Below, one piece after another: positions 9,792-18,662 of a stretch of 64,000 nt of DNA. Position numbers and translations under genes: made by a program. The stretch lies in IMG/VR virus record IMGVR_UViG_3300046660_000219, positions 141,909-205,908 of that record; one strand, given 5' to 3'. Numbering within the stretch: the stretch's first letter is position 1; each line of letters opens with the position of its first letter. The notes beneath the pieces were generated by a model. The model saw only the letters and a program-made list of their open reading frames with translations. It was not told the DNA's origin and made no database searches.

Positions 9792-10193
9792 CTAGTTAGG
9801 GGTATGTTCTAGGTCTCGACCGTAGACGACGTGGAGGATTTCATCGGCCGTGTTCAGGTACACGGCGCGATAGAATGGTAGTTTAGCGTTTGATTCGTTA
9901 ATCGCTACTTCGAGACGCGATGAACGCTCCCCGTGCAGCTCTGTACTGATACGCAAAGCTAACGTATCCGCCGTGTACTTGTTGGGGTCCAACTCGTCAG
10001 TAGCAAGACGAAATCCAACGATCTGTCCGTGCAGCTTTTCTAGAAACTGGACCGCACCGTCTTTCGGGTATCTGCTGTTATCAGTGTCGTCTAGAAAAAT
10101 GACCTCGATAGCGGAAAGCAGCCCCTCTAGAATGGTAGAAACATCGCGCGGATAAACGATGCACGAAGATGGGATCATGGTGAGTTGGTGCAT
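9792..10193 (-). CDS. Hypothetical protein
   Basis: GAGGGA SD; packing. Confidence 0.65.
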   Translation of the reverse strand: MHQLTMIPSSCIVYPRDVSTILEGLLSAIEVIFLDDTDNSRYPKDGAVQFLEKLHGQIVGFRLATDELDPNKYTADTLALRISTELHGERSSRLEVAINESNAKLPFYRAVYLNTADEILHVVYGRDLEHTPN

Positions 10194-10206
10194 AAAATGG
10201 TGTCCC

Positions 10207-10602
10207 TCAGATCACCGGTAGCATTTGTGGTGGCTGACGCGGTGAATGATTAAAGTGTACGGCCCAATAGGCGATCTGGCGATACGGTTGACGCACACCA
10301 CAGGCCCGCATAGCTATCTTGAACTCAAGATCAGCGCGCGATTTCTCCCACGCCAGTTGCGTAAGGAGCCAATCGTGCAACACGGACGGGGCCAACAAAT
10401 GATCCATGGGCATGAGAAACTGTAAAAGCCTAGGAACGCTAGGGCCGTCTGTCAGAAATCCAGCAGGGATGACGACCGGGTGATTTGAACCCAGGAAGCC
10501 GATTTCGTAAACGATAGGCTGCTGAACGTGCAGCATAGGGAAACCACGGATAGACAGCAGATCAGTACGTTGCGTAATCACCGCCGTGGTAAAGCTGCTC
10601 AC
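10207..10602 (-). CDS. DUF1353 family protein
   Basis: IPAGFLTDGPSVPR...PSVLHDWL...ADLEF...AYWAV signature. Confidence 0.8.
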   Translation of the reverse strand: MSSFTTAVITQRTDLLSIRGFPMLHVQQPIVYEIGFLGSNHPVVIPAGFLTDGPSVPRLLQFLMPMDHLLAPSVLHDWLLTQLAWEKSRADLEFKIAMRACGVRQPYRQIAYWAVHFNHSPRQPPQMLPVI

Positions 10603-10722
10603 GGGCTTATCCTTGCTTGGTGCGCTATCAGTTACCTATAAATTAGCTACGCGCACCCAGACACGGAAAAGGGCGAACCCGCGAGAGTCCGCCCTTACCA
10701 AACAACGCTAGACGTCCGGACA

Positions 10723-11223
10723 CTAGACCGGAGCTTGTTGCTCCGTCCGACCACGATCACGTGCGCGATCCATACGGTTTTGCGACGTCGTCGGCGTAGG
10801 TGGCGCGGAATCGATGAAAGCCGTCATGACGTGCTTGCGCAGCATGTCGAGAGCCAGACTCATACCGCCCGTCTCCGCTTCATGCATTTCGACAGCATCG
10901 GCGGCGATCCTCCACAGGTCTGCGCGGTTCCTATTACGCAGATCCCACATGGCGTCGCTAACGGCGTCGTTACTCTTTCGTAGGACATGGAAGACCACAG
11001 CGCCGTATAGGAGCGCGAGCGTCACGATCATTATGATACCGTTAATCAGAAGGTCGGCCATAGTACTCGGCGACGGCGGCTTGACGACAACCAAGGTGAT
11101 CGTAGCCGTCTGCCACAGCAGCATGGCCACGACGACGAAGATATAGATCAGGCTGGAGCGATGCGCCAGACCGATAGCGGCCCAGCGGAAACGATCCCAC
11201 GTAGTGCTTTCGATAGGTTCCAT
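10723..11223 (-). CDS. Membrane protein (2 TM)
   Basis: Two hydrophobic segments; AAGGAAATAGTA leader; terminator hairpin at about 10666-10697 downstream. Confidence 0.7.
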   Translation of the reverse strand: MEPIESTTWDRFRWAAIGLAHRSSLIYIFVVVAMLLWQTATITLVVVKPPSPSTMADLLINGIIMIVTLALLYGAVVFHVLRKSNDAVSDAMWDLRNRNRADLWRIAADAVEMHEAETGGMSLALDMLRKHVMTAFIDSAPPTPTTSQNRMDRARDRGRTEQQAPV

Positions 11224-11258
11224 TATACTATTTCCTTGTTGAGACGTTGAGAAGTTGA

Positions 11259-11753
11259 CTACTCCAACCAGACGACCGCCATGGTCTCTAGCTGGTCGTA
11301 ACGGGTGTACGGTTCAAGCAACGTCGGATCGAGCACTTGCCCGCGTTCGACGTAGACAAAATGGCTCCCGCTCTGACTGCGTTTACGCAGGCTAGGAACG
11401 AGGTGAATGGCGTTGCGGTGGGTGACACGATCGCGCGTCATCGCGCCCATGTATTGCGGCGCTAGCTTTTCTGGGTGGTGGTAGCGCGGATTATGACCAA
11501 GACGACGCAACAACGTGATCAGTTCTAGAAAGGTAAGCCCATCTTCGTAATACTGAAACGCCATCCCGGCGGCGTACACGTCGTCGTAATCATCACCGGT
11601 TAGCATCGTCACGCAGCACGCCCAGCAATCAGCCGCCTCGGCTTGAAACTGTAGCGGTGGCAAGTTCAGGTAGCGATCGAAGCTATCGCCCATGACGGCG
11701 TGGATCGCAGTTACCGGTTCAGGCCACTTGAAATTAGACAGCATGGCGTTCAT
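11259..11753 (-). CDS. Papain-fold cysteine peptidase (C39-like)
   Basis: Q...DCWACC (catalytic Cys), SHFVYV (His), VLDP (Asp) in C39 order. Confidence 0.65.
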   Translation of the reverse strand: MNAMLSNFKWPEPVTAIHAVMGDSFDRYLNLPPLQFQAEAADCWACCVTMLTGDDYDDVYAAGMAFQYYEDGLTFLELITLLRRLGHNPRYHHPEKLAPQYMGAMTRDRVTHRNAIHLVPSLRKRSQSGSHFVYVERGQVLDPTLLEPYTRYDQLETMAVVWLE

Positions 11754-11761
11754 GTACCGAC

Positions 11762-11959
11762 CTACAGTTTTGGTTGTTGTCCGAAAGGGTCACGCCAAAT
11801 GTACGGGTCACTACTGTCTAGCCGGATGGCGGCGATAACAGCAACGGCGGTGTCCACGCACTCGTCACAAATCAGCGCATTGACGGGCGCAGCCAGCAAG
11901 GTCTTAACCTCGTAGTCCGCCTTGCCACAGAAAGAACAGTAGTTTACTTGCCTGTTCAT
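11762..11959 (-). CDS. Stand-alone ClpX C4-type zinc-binding domain
   Basis: YCSFCGK...VKTLLAAP..ALICDECV, the ClpX N-domain pattern, with no AAA+ module. Confidence 0.88.
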   Translation of the reverse strand: MNRQVNYCSFCGKADYEVKTLLAAPVNALICDECVDTAVAVIAAIRLDSSDPYIWRDPFGQQPKL

Positions 11960-12529
11960 GGTTTACCTTTTCTACGACGACGCATCTTGCGGATAGCAGC
12001 GTGTTCCAGGCGTTGGGCCGCTTTGAGCTTATCGTTATCGACGAGCTTCTGTATAAGCGCGCGTTTTAGCGGGCTAATCTCGATGTACAAACGCCTGTCG
12101 GTATCTACGTCACGCACCTCTAGGAGGGGAACTTTTCGCACGGGAATACCCGCTGCGCAGAACGGACAATCGCAGCCTACCGTAACGCTATGCATCACCA
12201 TGCTGATACCTTTATGCTTCGATAGTCAGCGTCAAAGAGATCCGATCAGCATCGACGCCGATGATTTGCGCAAGCTTCTCGCGCGTCTCATCGCAAATGG
12301 TTTGCATCGTCTTCGGCTCGATCGCCGCGACAAGCTCGACGGCGCGCTCCGTAGGTGTCTTAGTGTTCGGGACGTCAGTGTCGTTCTCAATAGACATTGA
12401 AGCTACCTTTCTTTGCTTATCTTGCGCGATGACGTTGGGGCACTCGCTATAATCATAACCACCGTCACAGCGCAAAAAACATTCGACAAAGCCACATGAA
12501 TTCGGCTCGTGTATAAATGGAAGTTGCAT

Positions 12530-12814
12530 TTAGAGCAAGCGCAGTCCGTACACTCCATCTTCTTGATGGAAACAGGGACCGTGTACCCACGCATCTACGA
12601 GCGTGCCGTCGTACATGTACAGAGCAACAAAACGATAAGGTGAATTCAAACGTTGTTCCGTAGCTAGTGCCACAGTGGCTGTAAAAATCTTGCGGGCTTC
12701 GCTTATAGTCGGATATGAGCTTTCGCCGCTACCATGAGCCATAATCGTTACAACGCGATGCTCGACAGCACCCTCTTCGGGACGTTTAGCCGGTTGGCCG
12801 GGATTGTCACACAT
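12530..12814 (-). CDS. Hypothetical protein
   Basis: AAAAGGTAC leader. Confidence 0.55.
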   Translation of the reverse strand: MCDNPGQPAKRPEEGAVEHRVVTIMAHGSGESSYPTISEARKIFTATVALATEQRLNSPYRFVALYMYDGTLVDAWVHGPCFHQEDGVYGLRLL

Positions 12815-12834
12815 GACATGTACCTTTTCTACAG

Positions 12835-12861
12835 AAAAGGGCGGGCTGTTAGGCCCGCCCT
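12835..12861 (-). terminator. Terminator closing the Ubl operon
   Basis: AGGGCGGGC/GCCCGCCCT stem followed by TTT on minus. Confidence 0.8.
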
Positions 12862-12895
12862 CCGAGTTCCTGCAACAGGGTGCTTGCGCGCCCTG

Positions 12896-13426
12896 TTAGC
12901 CGCCGCGCGCTTGCGTAACGGTAGTGATGGTCTTGTTCTCGTTGATCACAGCCGTCTGCGTCAGCTTGGTGTTGTTGCTGTCACGCAGCATCAGGCCGGT
13001 CGGCGCGCCGGCCTTCTTGAGGTGATCGCCGAGCGTCTTGCCAGTGGACAGCGTGGACGATCCAGCGAACGAACCCGAGAAGGTCACGGTCACGTCTTCC
13101 GTGGTAGCGACAGCCGGAACAGCGGCCGGAGCTTCTTCCGTACCGTTTTCCGGCGGTTGGGCTTCACCTTCCGCGACAGCTTCCGTTTCCGCCGTCTGTT
13201 CCGTGACGGGTTCCTCGGCGGCGACCGTTGCGGTTTCAGCGGCCGGAGCTTCTTCCGTGGTGGCTTCTTCCGACGCGGCGGCCACTTCTTCGGCGACCGG
13301 CTCTTCGGCGACGGGTGCGGCCGATTCTTGAGCCGACGTTTCGGCGCTCGTTTCGTTGGTGGCGGCGTTGGTCTCAGCGGTGTTTTCCGCCGCGCCGTTT
13401 TCCGGCGTTTCGTTTTGATCGGTCAT
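12896..13426 (-). CDS. Ubiquitin-like (beta-grasp) protein with a 110 aa acidic disordered N-terminal extension
   Basis: 66 aa C-terminal domain with beta-beta-alpha-beta pattern ending ARGG-stop; adjacent to ThiF/E1. Confidence 0.75.
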   Translation of the reverse strand: MTDQNETPENGAAENTAETNAATNETSAETSAQESAAPVAEEPVAEEVAAASEEATTEEAPAAETATVAAEEPVTEQTAETEAVAEGEAQPPENGTEEAPAAVPAVATTEDVTVTFSGSFAGSSTLSTGKTLGDHLKKAGAPTGLMLRDSNNTKLTQTAVINENKTITTVTQARGG

Positions 13427-13481
13427 GTGTAGTCCCTAGCTAGGTTGTTGTGTTGGTACGCTTACTATTAACGCAGCCGTC

Positions 13482-14201
13482 CTAAGCTGCGCGCAACACT
13501 GACGAAGGATATCGCTTCTTCAGTATCGTCCAGGCGGAGAGGTCAGCAATGACCTCGTTCGCTTGAAGCTTGTTGTTCAGGGCGTCCATGGCCAGACAAA
13601 TAGTAGTCTGGCTGGCGATCTGCGCCGTAGCCCCGATCGAAATGGTATTACCGCACGTGCCGATGTCGGCGGACGCTTCGGCGTCGTCGTACAGCATTTC
13701 ATAGTACGCGGCTTGTTCGCTCAAGTCAAACGGCCGGTAGGCGAAGCTCATAGCCGTGCGCCCGCTGGTCCTGGCGTCGTAGCCGACGCGGGTGTCGAAC
13801 ACCCATTCGACCTTGGGGTTAAGCTGACAGCCCTCTTGCGCGATCTGCTTACGGACCGTCATCGTGTCCACGCACATGAACACGAGATTGGCATAGACGC
13901 GCCCACCAAGATACCGTTTCTTGTGGCCAGCGATCTCGGTACCTGTGGCCTCATAAACGCGCTGGCGTAACGCATTCACCTTCAAGCGCTCAATATCATC
14001 AGGGCCATAAGGGTACTGGTTAGACAGGTTATGCGGTTCGACCACGTCGTCATCCCACACCGTGATGTTCTCCAGGCCCAGCTTAGCGAGACCCAGGACG
14101 ATGCTCGACCCAACAGCGCCCGCACCGATCACGAGGATCGACTTGTCGCTGAACTTGTGCGGATCGAATGCACTCAGGTGGCGTATCGTTTCAAGAGCCA
14201 T
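13482..14201 (-). CDS. ThiF/MoeB/E1-like adenylyltransferase
   Basis: ILVIGAGAVGS, WDDDVVEPHNLSNQ, LKVNAL, MCVDTMTVRK; candidate catalytic Cys in IGTCG; no CxxC pairs. Confidence 0.92.
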   Translation of the reverse strand: MALETIRHLSAFDPHKFSDKSILVIGAGAVGSSIVLGLAKLGLENITVWDDDVVEPHNLSNQYPYGPDDIERLKVNALRQRVYEATGTEIAGHKKRYLGGRVYANLVFMCVDTMTVRKQIAQEGCQLNPKVEWVFDTRVGYDARTSGRTAMSFAYRPFDLSEQAAYYEMLYDDAEASADIGTCGNTISIGATAQIASQTTICLAMDALNNKLQANEVIADLSAWTILKKRYPSSVLRAA

Positions 14202-14494
14202 TAGCGGCGGCCTTTCTTTGCGGGGTTACCATTCTTGCGCGGTTCCTCTTTTGCGACGAACCGGCGAGCAAGATTGGCGATGTGGGGATGCGCCAGGGAA
14301 TTATCTTCGAACTCCACGGCTAAGTCAAGCGACGCTAAATGCAGCAATTGCTGGACCTTAATCGGCAAGTCTTCGATCCGACTCAACTCGATAGGATGAT
14401 ACGAGCGATCGGAAATGCCAAGTTTGTCCGCCATGGCTCGCTGGGTTAAACCCAGCTCACCACGCAGTTCGAAAAGTGTATTGAAGCGATACAT
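14201..14494 (-). CDS. XRE-family HTH protein
   Basis: LRGELGLTQRAMADKLGISDRSYHPIE; its stop overlaps the E1 start (TAATG). Confidence 0.85.
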   Translation of the reverse strand: MYRFNTLFELRGELGLTQRAMADKLGISDRSYHPIELSRIEDLPIKVQQLLHLASLDLAVEFEDNSLAHPHIANLARRFVAKEEPRKNGNPAKKGRR

Positions 14495-14531
14495 CGGAAA
14501 TCTCCTTCGACGATGAAGCTACTGTTACTAA

Positions 14532-16334
14532 TCAATCCTCGTCATCTTCATCGTCGTCAATTTCTCCCTCGTCATCCTCCATATCGTCTTCTTCATCCGC
14601 ATCGTCTTCTTCATCCTCTTCAGCGGCGAAGTCACCGTTCTCCCAGGTGCGCGGCGTGCCAGCGTCAGCCACAGCCTCGTCTTGGAAGTTACGCAACAGG
14701 CTGTCAGGACCATCTTCACCGAAGGTTCCGATAAGATGCTGCCACACACTTATGTGTACCTTTTTCGGAGGTTCTTTGGAGTCCGGTAAGAGCGACCACT
14801 TTCCAATATGATCCGTGTCGAATGTACGGTAGTACTCCATGATCGCCAAGATCAGGTTATAGTAGTCATTGGTGCGGATCGCTGACTCGAACAATCGATC
14901 GAATGAACCAACGCAACTACCGTGTGGATTACGATAGTCCTTGTTCGGCGACGCGATGTTACGAACGCGTACCGAACCTTCCGTACTGATTTGGATCTCG
15001 AAACGTCCGCAATAGCGCTCCGTCCTATCACGCATCGAAATGCCCAGCATGTTCTTGGTGACGACGATCATGCGAGACGGAGTGAGAGTAAGTGTGTCGA
15101 TTTCACCCATACCTTTAAGACGCTCGATAGATTCGCGCATGGCTCTTACGGTGTCGTCAGCCATGAGATTATAAGCACGTTCTGCGCCCTGGAATTTAGA
15201 GACCGCCTCTAGCATTTTCTTACGCAGCTTCTCCAATTCGTTCTGCGATTCCGCGTAGGTTGTTACGACGGATTTCGCGACGACTGCACCCCACCTAGCC
15301 AGAGACTCTTCCGACACGCCATCATTGGCTTCTAGCCGCTTCTCCAGCGCTAGTAGGAATGCGGCGTGGTTGGGGAACGTCGTGAAAATGACGGGCTTAT
15401 TATTACCCTGCACGGGCACGACAATGTAACCATGACGGAATGGTTCGCCATTAGCCAAGCGCACAGGAGGTGCGGCGTCGCGCGTGACCACGGCATCGAC
15501 GCTGGTGTTGCTTAATTTCGGTCGCGAAATAGTACGACGTGGTGTCACACCCTGCGCTTTAGGATCGGGTCGTTCATCTGACGGATCATAGACCAACGGA
15601 CGAAAACGCTCGCTAGCTTCTTGCCGCATGGCCGCGTGAAGATGCGGCGTCATGTGGTTGTCGAAGTGAATGCCTTCGAACACCACACCGTGAATGTACG
15701 TCGGATATGACGTGGAGCCGATGAAATCGGCATTGAACCGGTTTTCCCAGTTGAGAGTTTCACCACGATTAAAGGTATCACGCATCAATACCGGCATCAT
15801 GTAGCCGAATACCGTCAGACGCGTGGAATAACTACTCTTACGATCGCTCGTGCCCCAGTAAGAATAGTTGGCAAAAACCGTACCACCAGGGAGACGATTA
15901 CGCCACGACGCACGTAACGGGTCCGTGCCGCTGCGGACGTAGGACGAAGTATGCGGTGCTTGGTTGCGCGGCACGTCGTAGCCGTCATTGCCGTCAAGCG
16001 CCAGCACTTCCGTAAGCAAGGGTGACGGATTGATCACCGGGCATTCCGTCCGCTTAACCCAACCGTGAACCTGCGCCAGAGCCGGGATAAGGTAACGACG
16101 CTTCTCTGGCATTTCGTACGCATAGATCGGCAGCGTAGTCGTCGCTTGTAGTTGTTCCATCGTAAGCATGTTGGTAATGCGCGGATGGAACGGTGTGAAG
16201 GCCGGTGCGGGAAGGGTTTTGGCCTTCGTACCCTTCTTCGTGGTTGGATCCGTCTTAAGGTCAGCTTTAGAGAACTTGGCGCTAGCGCCTCCCACGGAAG
16301 GGACAGCTTTCAGGTAGGGGTTTGAACGAGCCAT
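14532..16334 (-). CDS. Multidomain protein with coiled coil, putative E2-like C-terminal domain and acidic tail (paralog B)
   Basis: RYCGRFEIQI...NPHGSCVGSF...MEYYR; paralogous to 16365..18134. Confidence 0.6.
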   Translation of the reverse strand: MARSNPYLKAVPSVGGASAKFSKADLKTDPTTKKGTKAKTLPAPAFTPFHPRITNMLTMEQLQATTTLPIYAYEMPEKRRYLIPALAQVHGWVKRTECPVINPSPLLTEVLALDGNDGYDVPRNQAPHTSSYVRSGTDPLRASWRNRLPGGTVFANYSYWGTSDRKSSYSTRLTVFGYMMPVLMRDTFNRGETLNWENRFNADFIGSTSYPTYIHGVVFEGIHFDNHMTPHLHAAMRQEASERFRPLVYDPSDERPDPKAQGVTPRRTISRPKLSNTSVDAVVTRDAAPPVRLANGEPFRHGYIVVPVQGNNKPVIFTTFPNHAAFLLALEKRLEANDGVSEESLARWGAVVAKSVVTTYAESQNELEKLRKKMLEAVSKFQGAERAYNLMADDTVRAMRESIERLKGMGEIDTLTLTPSRMIVVTKNMLGISMRDRTERYCGRFEIQISTEGSVRVRNIASPNKDYRNPHGSCVGSFDRLFESAIRTNDYYNLILAIMEYYRTFDTDHIGKWSLLPDSKEPPKKVHISVWQHLIGTFGEDGPDSLLRNFQDEAVADAGTPRTWENGDFAAEEDEEDDADEEDDMEDDEGEIDDDEDDED

Positions 16335-16364
16335 GTTACTATTTCCTCTAGCTAGATTCTGCGA

Positions 16365-18134
16365 TCAATATTCGTCGTAGGTGTCAGCGCTGCGACCGCT
16401 TTCGTAATCGTCTCGCAGCTTACCTTCGAATGAATACAGCGCCGACGTAAAGGCCGTGGCGATCGAACTACCGCCGCGCTTCTTGCGTGCCTTACCTTTA
16501 AATACGGCGCTATCCGGCCAATCACCGACGAGAACCTGCCAATCCGACTCATAGGTCTTTTCAGGCCGCTCCTTGCTCTTAGGCAGCAGATCCCACTTGT
16601 GCGTGTGGCCCTTGTCAAAGAAACGGTAGTACTCCATGCTGGATATCACGAGCTGATGGTAGTCCGACATGGCCAGCGCGGATTCGAAGATGCGGGAGAA
16701 CGAACCGACACAGCCGCCATGCGGATTACGGTAGTCCTTATGGGGTGCAGCGATGTTGCGGACACGCACGGCACTCGACAGATGGATTTGGATTTCCATC
16801 TGTCCGCAGTACCGTTCGTCACCGCTGTTGTCGTTGTAGCCCAACATGTCTTTGGAGACGATGATAAGGGTATCACCGTCACATGTCACCGACTCGATCT
16901 CACCAGCGTTGCGAATACGCTCCAGACTGACGTGTAACGTCTTGGCCGTGTCGTCGTTAGCTAGAGACAAGATGCGCTGTGCCGTCGCCCGTTCACCGGT
17001 CAACGTAAGCACCTCCGCCATCTTCTCTTCGATGCGTAGCGTGAGGTGATCGTAGGTGTCCTTAAGCGTGGATGTTACCCTTTGCGCCCAACGATCGGCG
17101 AAGACGTCCAGTACGTCACCGTCCGCGAGTTGCGGCACGCTAACGATACGATGCGTTCGCTCGTGCGCCGTAACGAAGCTCTCAAGCGACGGCGCAGTCG
17201 TAACGACGATCCGGTTGTCGATGACAATGTATCCGTGGCGAAACGGTACACCATTGGCTAGCGCCGGTGTATCGGCACAGCGCAGGGCGTGCACGTTGGA
17301 AAGTCGAGCGTGACGGTTGGTGCTATCCGTCAGCATTTCTTGGATAGAGCCTTGCGGCAGCTCAGAGACCGCCGCTTGCACGTCGCTCGCCAAGAACGAC
17401 AGGTCCCGAAACACGGCGTTAGCCTGGGCGACTACATGCGGGTTGTCGAGGTTGAAATGAATACCCTCGATGAGAACACCGCAGAAATAGGTAAGACGTC
17501 GATGGCTCGACGTGACGTAGTCGTGATTGCGCGAGTTCTCTAGAGCGATCATACCGTCTCGGCTTTGGAAGCACAGCGCCGGAATGGCCAGCCCATAGCC
17601 AAACAAGTTAAGGTAGCGATCATCTGTGTCCGGCTGGGACCACGGAATGAAGTAGCGCGCTAGAGAGCGCGAGTTTACACGCTCACGACAGAAGTCTAGC
17701 AAACTATCGTTTTCCGGATAGTCAGCATCCAAGGCTAGATTAAAGGTACGCGGCACAAGGAAGCACGGGTTCTCCGGACTGCTGGTCAGGGCGATGTAAT
17801 CGCGATCACGCGACACGTCGTCAGGCATGACACTCGTTTGCCACCCGTACGCCTTGGCCAGCAAGCGGAAGTTGGCACGCTCGCTCAGTTTCACCTCATG
17901 CAGATACACTTTCTTGAAATCCGCGCTGTACGGGCTGCGCTGGTCAACGGGCCGCAAATCAATGTGCGACTTGACCGTACGCGGCGTGCGTACCTTTTTA
18001 ATAGGTGACGGACTGCACGCCGCCGTAGCAGGATAATCCGGCGCGTCTCTAGTGGGGGCGGAGGTCTCTGTCATGGCTTCATTTGCGTAAATGCCAGCGA
18101 GCTTGAGCTTAGCGGAGGACTTCTGAGCAGCCAT
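16365..18134 (-). CDS. Multidomain protein with coiled coil and putative E2-like C-terminal domain (paralog A)
   Basis: RYCGQMEIQI...NPHGGCVGSF...MEYYR; shares EGIHF and LANGxPFRHGYIV motifs with paralog B. Confidence 0.6.
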   Translation of the reverse strand: MAAQKSSAKLKLAGIYANEAMTETSAPTRDAPDYPATAACSPSPIKKVRTPRTVKSHIDLRPVDQRSPYSADFKKVYLHEVKLSERANFRLLAKAYGWQTSVMPDDVSRDRDYIALTSSPENPCFLVPRTFNLALDADYPENDSLLDFCRERVNSRSLARYFIPWSQPDTDDRYLNLFGYGLAIPALCFQSRDGMIALENSRNHDYVTSSHRRLTYFCGVLIEGIHFNLDNPHVVAQANAVFRDLSFLASDVQAAVSELPQGSIQEMLTDSTNRHARLSNVHALRCADTPALANGVPFRHGYIVIDNRIVVTTAPSLESFVTAHERTHRIVSVPQLADGDVLDVFADRWAQRVTSTLKDTYDHLTLRIEEKMAEVLTLTGERATAQRILSLANDDTAKTLHVSLERIRNAGEIESVTCDGDTLIIVSKDMLGYNDNSGDERYCGQMEIQIHLSSAVRVRNIAAPHKDYRNPHGGCVGSFSRIFESALAMSDYHQLVISSMEYYRFFDKGHTHKWDLLPKSKERPEKTYESDWQVLVGDWPDSAVFKGKARKKRGGSSIATAFTSALYSFEGKLRDDYESGRSADTYDEY

Positions 18135-18172
18135 GGCGTTGTGATCCCTTGTGTGGAAATAGCAGATAGCAG

Positions 18173-18247
18173 AACGCCACGTCGTGTGGTTCGACGTGGC
18201 GTTTCAAATGCGAAGACACAGTATACAGGAATCGGCAAATTTGCCAA
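18173..18247 (-). promoter_or_regulatory. Promoter and 12 bp inverted repeat upstream of the Ubl operon
   Basis: TTGGCA(18247-18242)-16 bp-TATACT(18225-18220); AACGCCACGTCG-N7-CGACGTGGCGTT at 18173-18203. Confidence 0.55.
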
Positions 18248-18255
18248 TACCCCCG

Positions 18256-18429
18256 CTACTGGACCAAGAAGCTCCTGTAACCACAGGGTTTTCTGGTGTG
18301 ACGCTCCATGCGACCGCTCTGGCCTTGCCGTACGACCCACATGGCGACCTTGTAGGGATCAGCGTTGACGTAAACTTCGCGGATAGGAGACTTGCGGCGA
18401 CGGCGAGCACGAATGGTTTTGATACGCAT
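18256..18429 (-). CDS. 57 aa Arg-rich peptide (not in ORF track)
   Basis: AAAAGGTAG leader; MRIKTIRARRRRKSPIREV... Confidence 0.5.
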   Translation of the reverse strand: MRIKTIRARRRRKSPIREVYVNADPYKVAMWVVRQGQSGRMERHTRKPCGYRSFLVQ

Positions 18430-18662
18430 TAATCTACCTTTTCTGTGTTGTGCTTAAGGCGTGTAGCTAAGACCAGCCGCGTGCAGCACCTCAACGAACT
18501 CGTCCTTGCTCATAGCAGTGAAGCATTGGAAATGATCGTTGTCGCGGTAGACGATGCCGATGGTAACAGTATCGCCGTCGTTCATGATTTCGATGGAGTT
18601 GGGCTTGCCTTCCATGGGTATGCGCACGGTGCACGTGGTAGTGAACTTGCCCGCCATGATGG

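Noticed and set aside
12896-14201. ThiS/ThiF or MoaD/MoeB cofactor biosynthesis
   Set aside because: No thiG, thiI, iscS or moaE in the window, the Ubl has a long acidic tail, and E2-like genes are co-transcribed. Not fully excluded without biochemistry.
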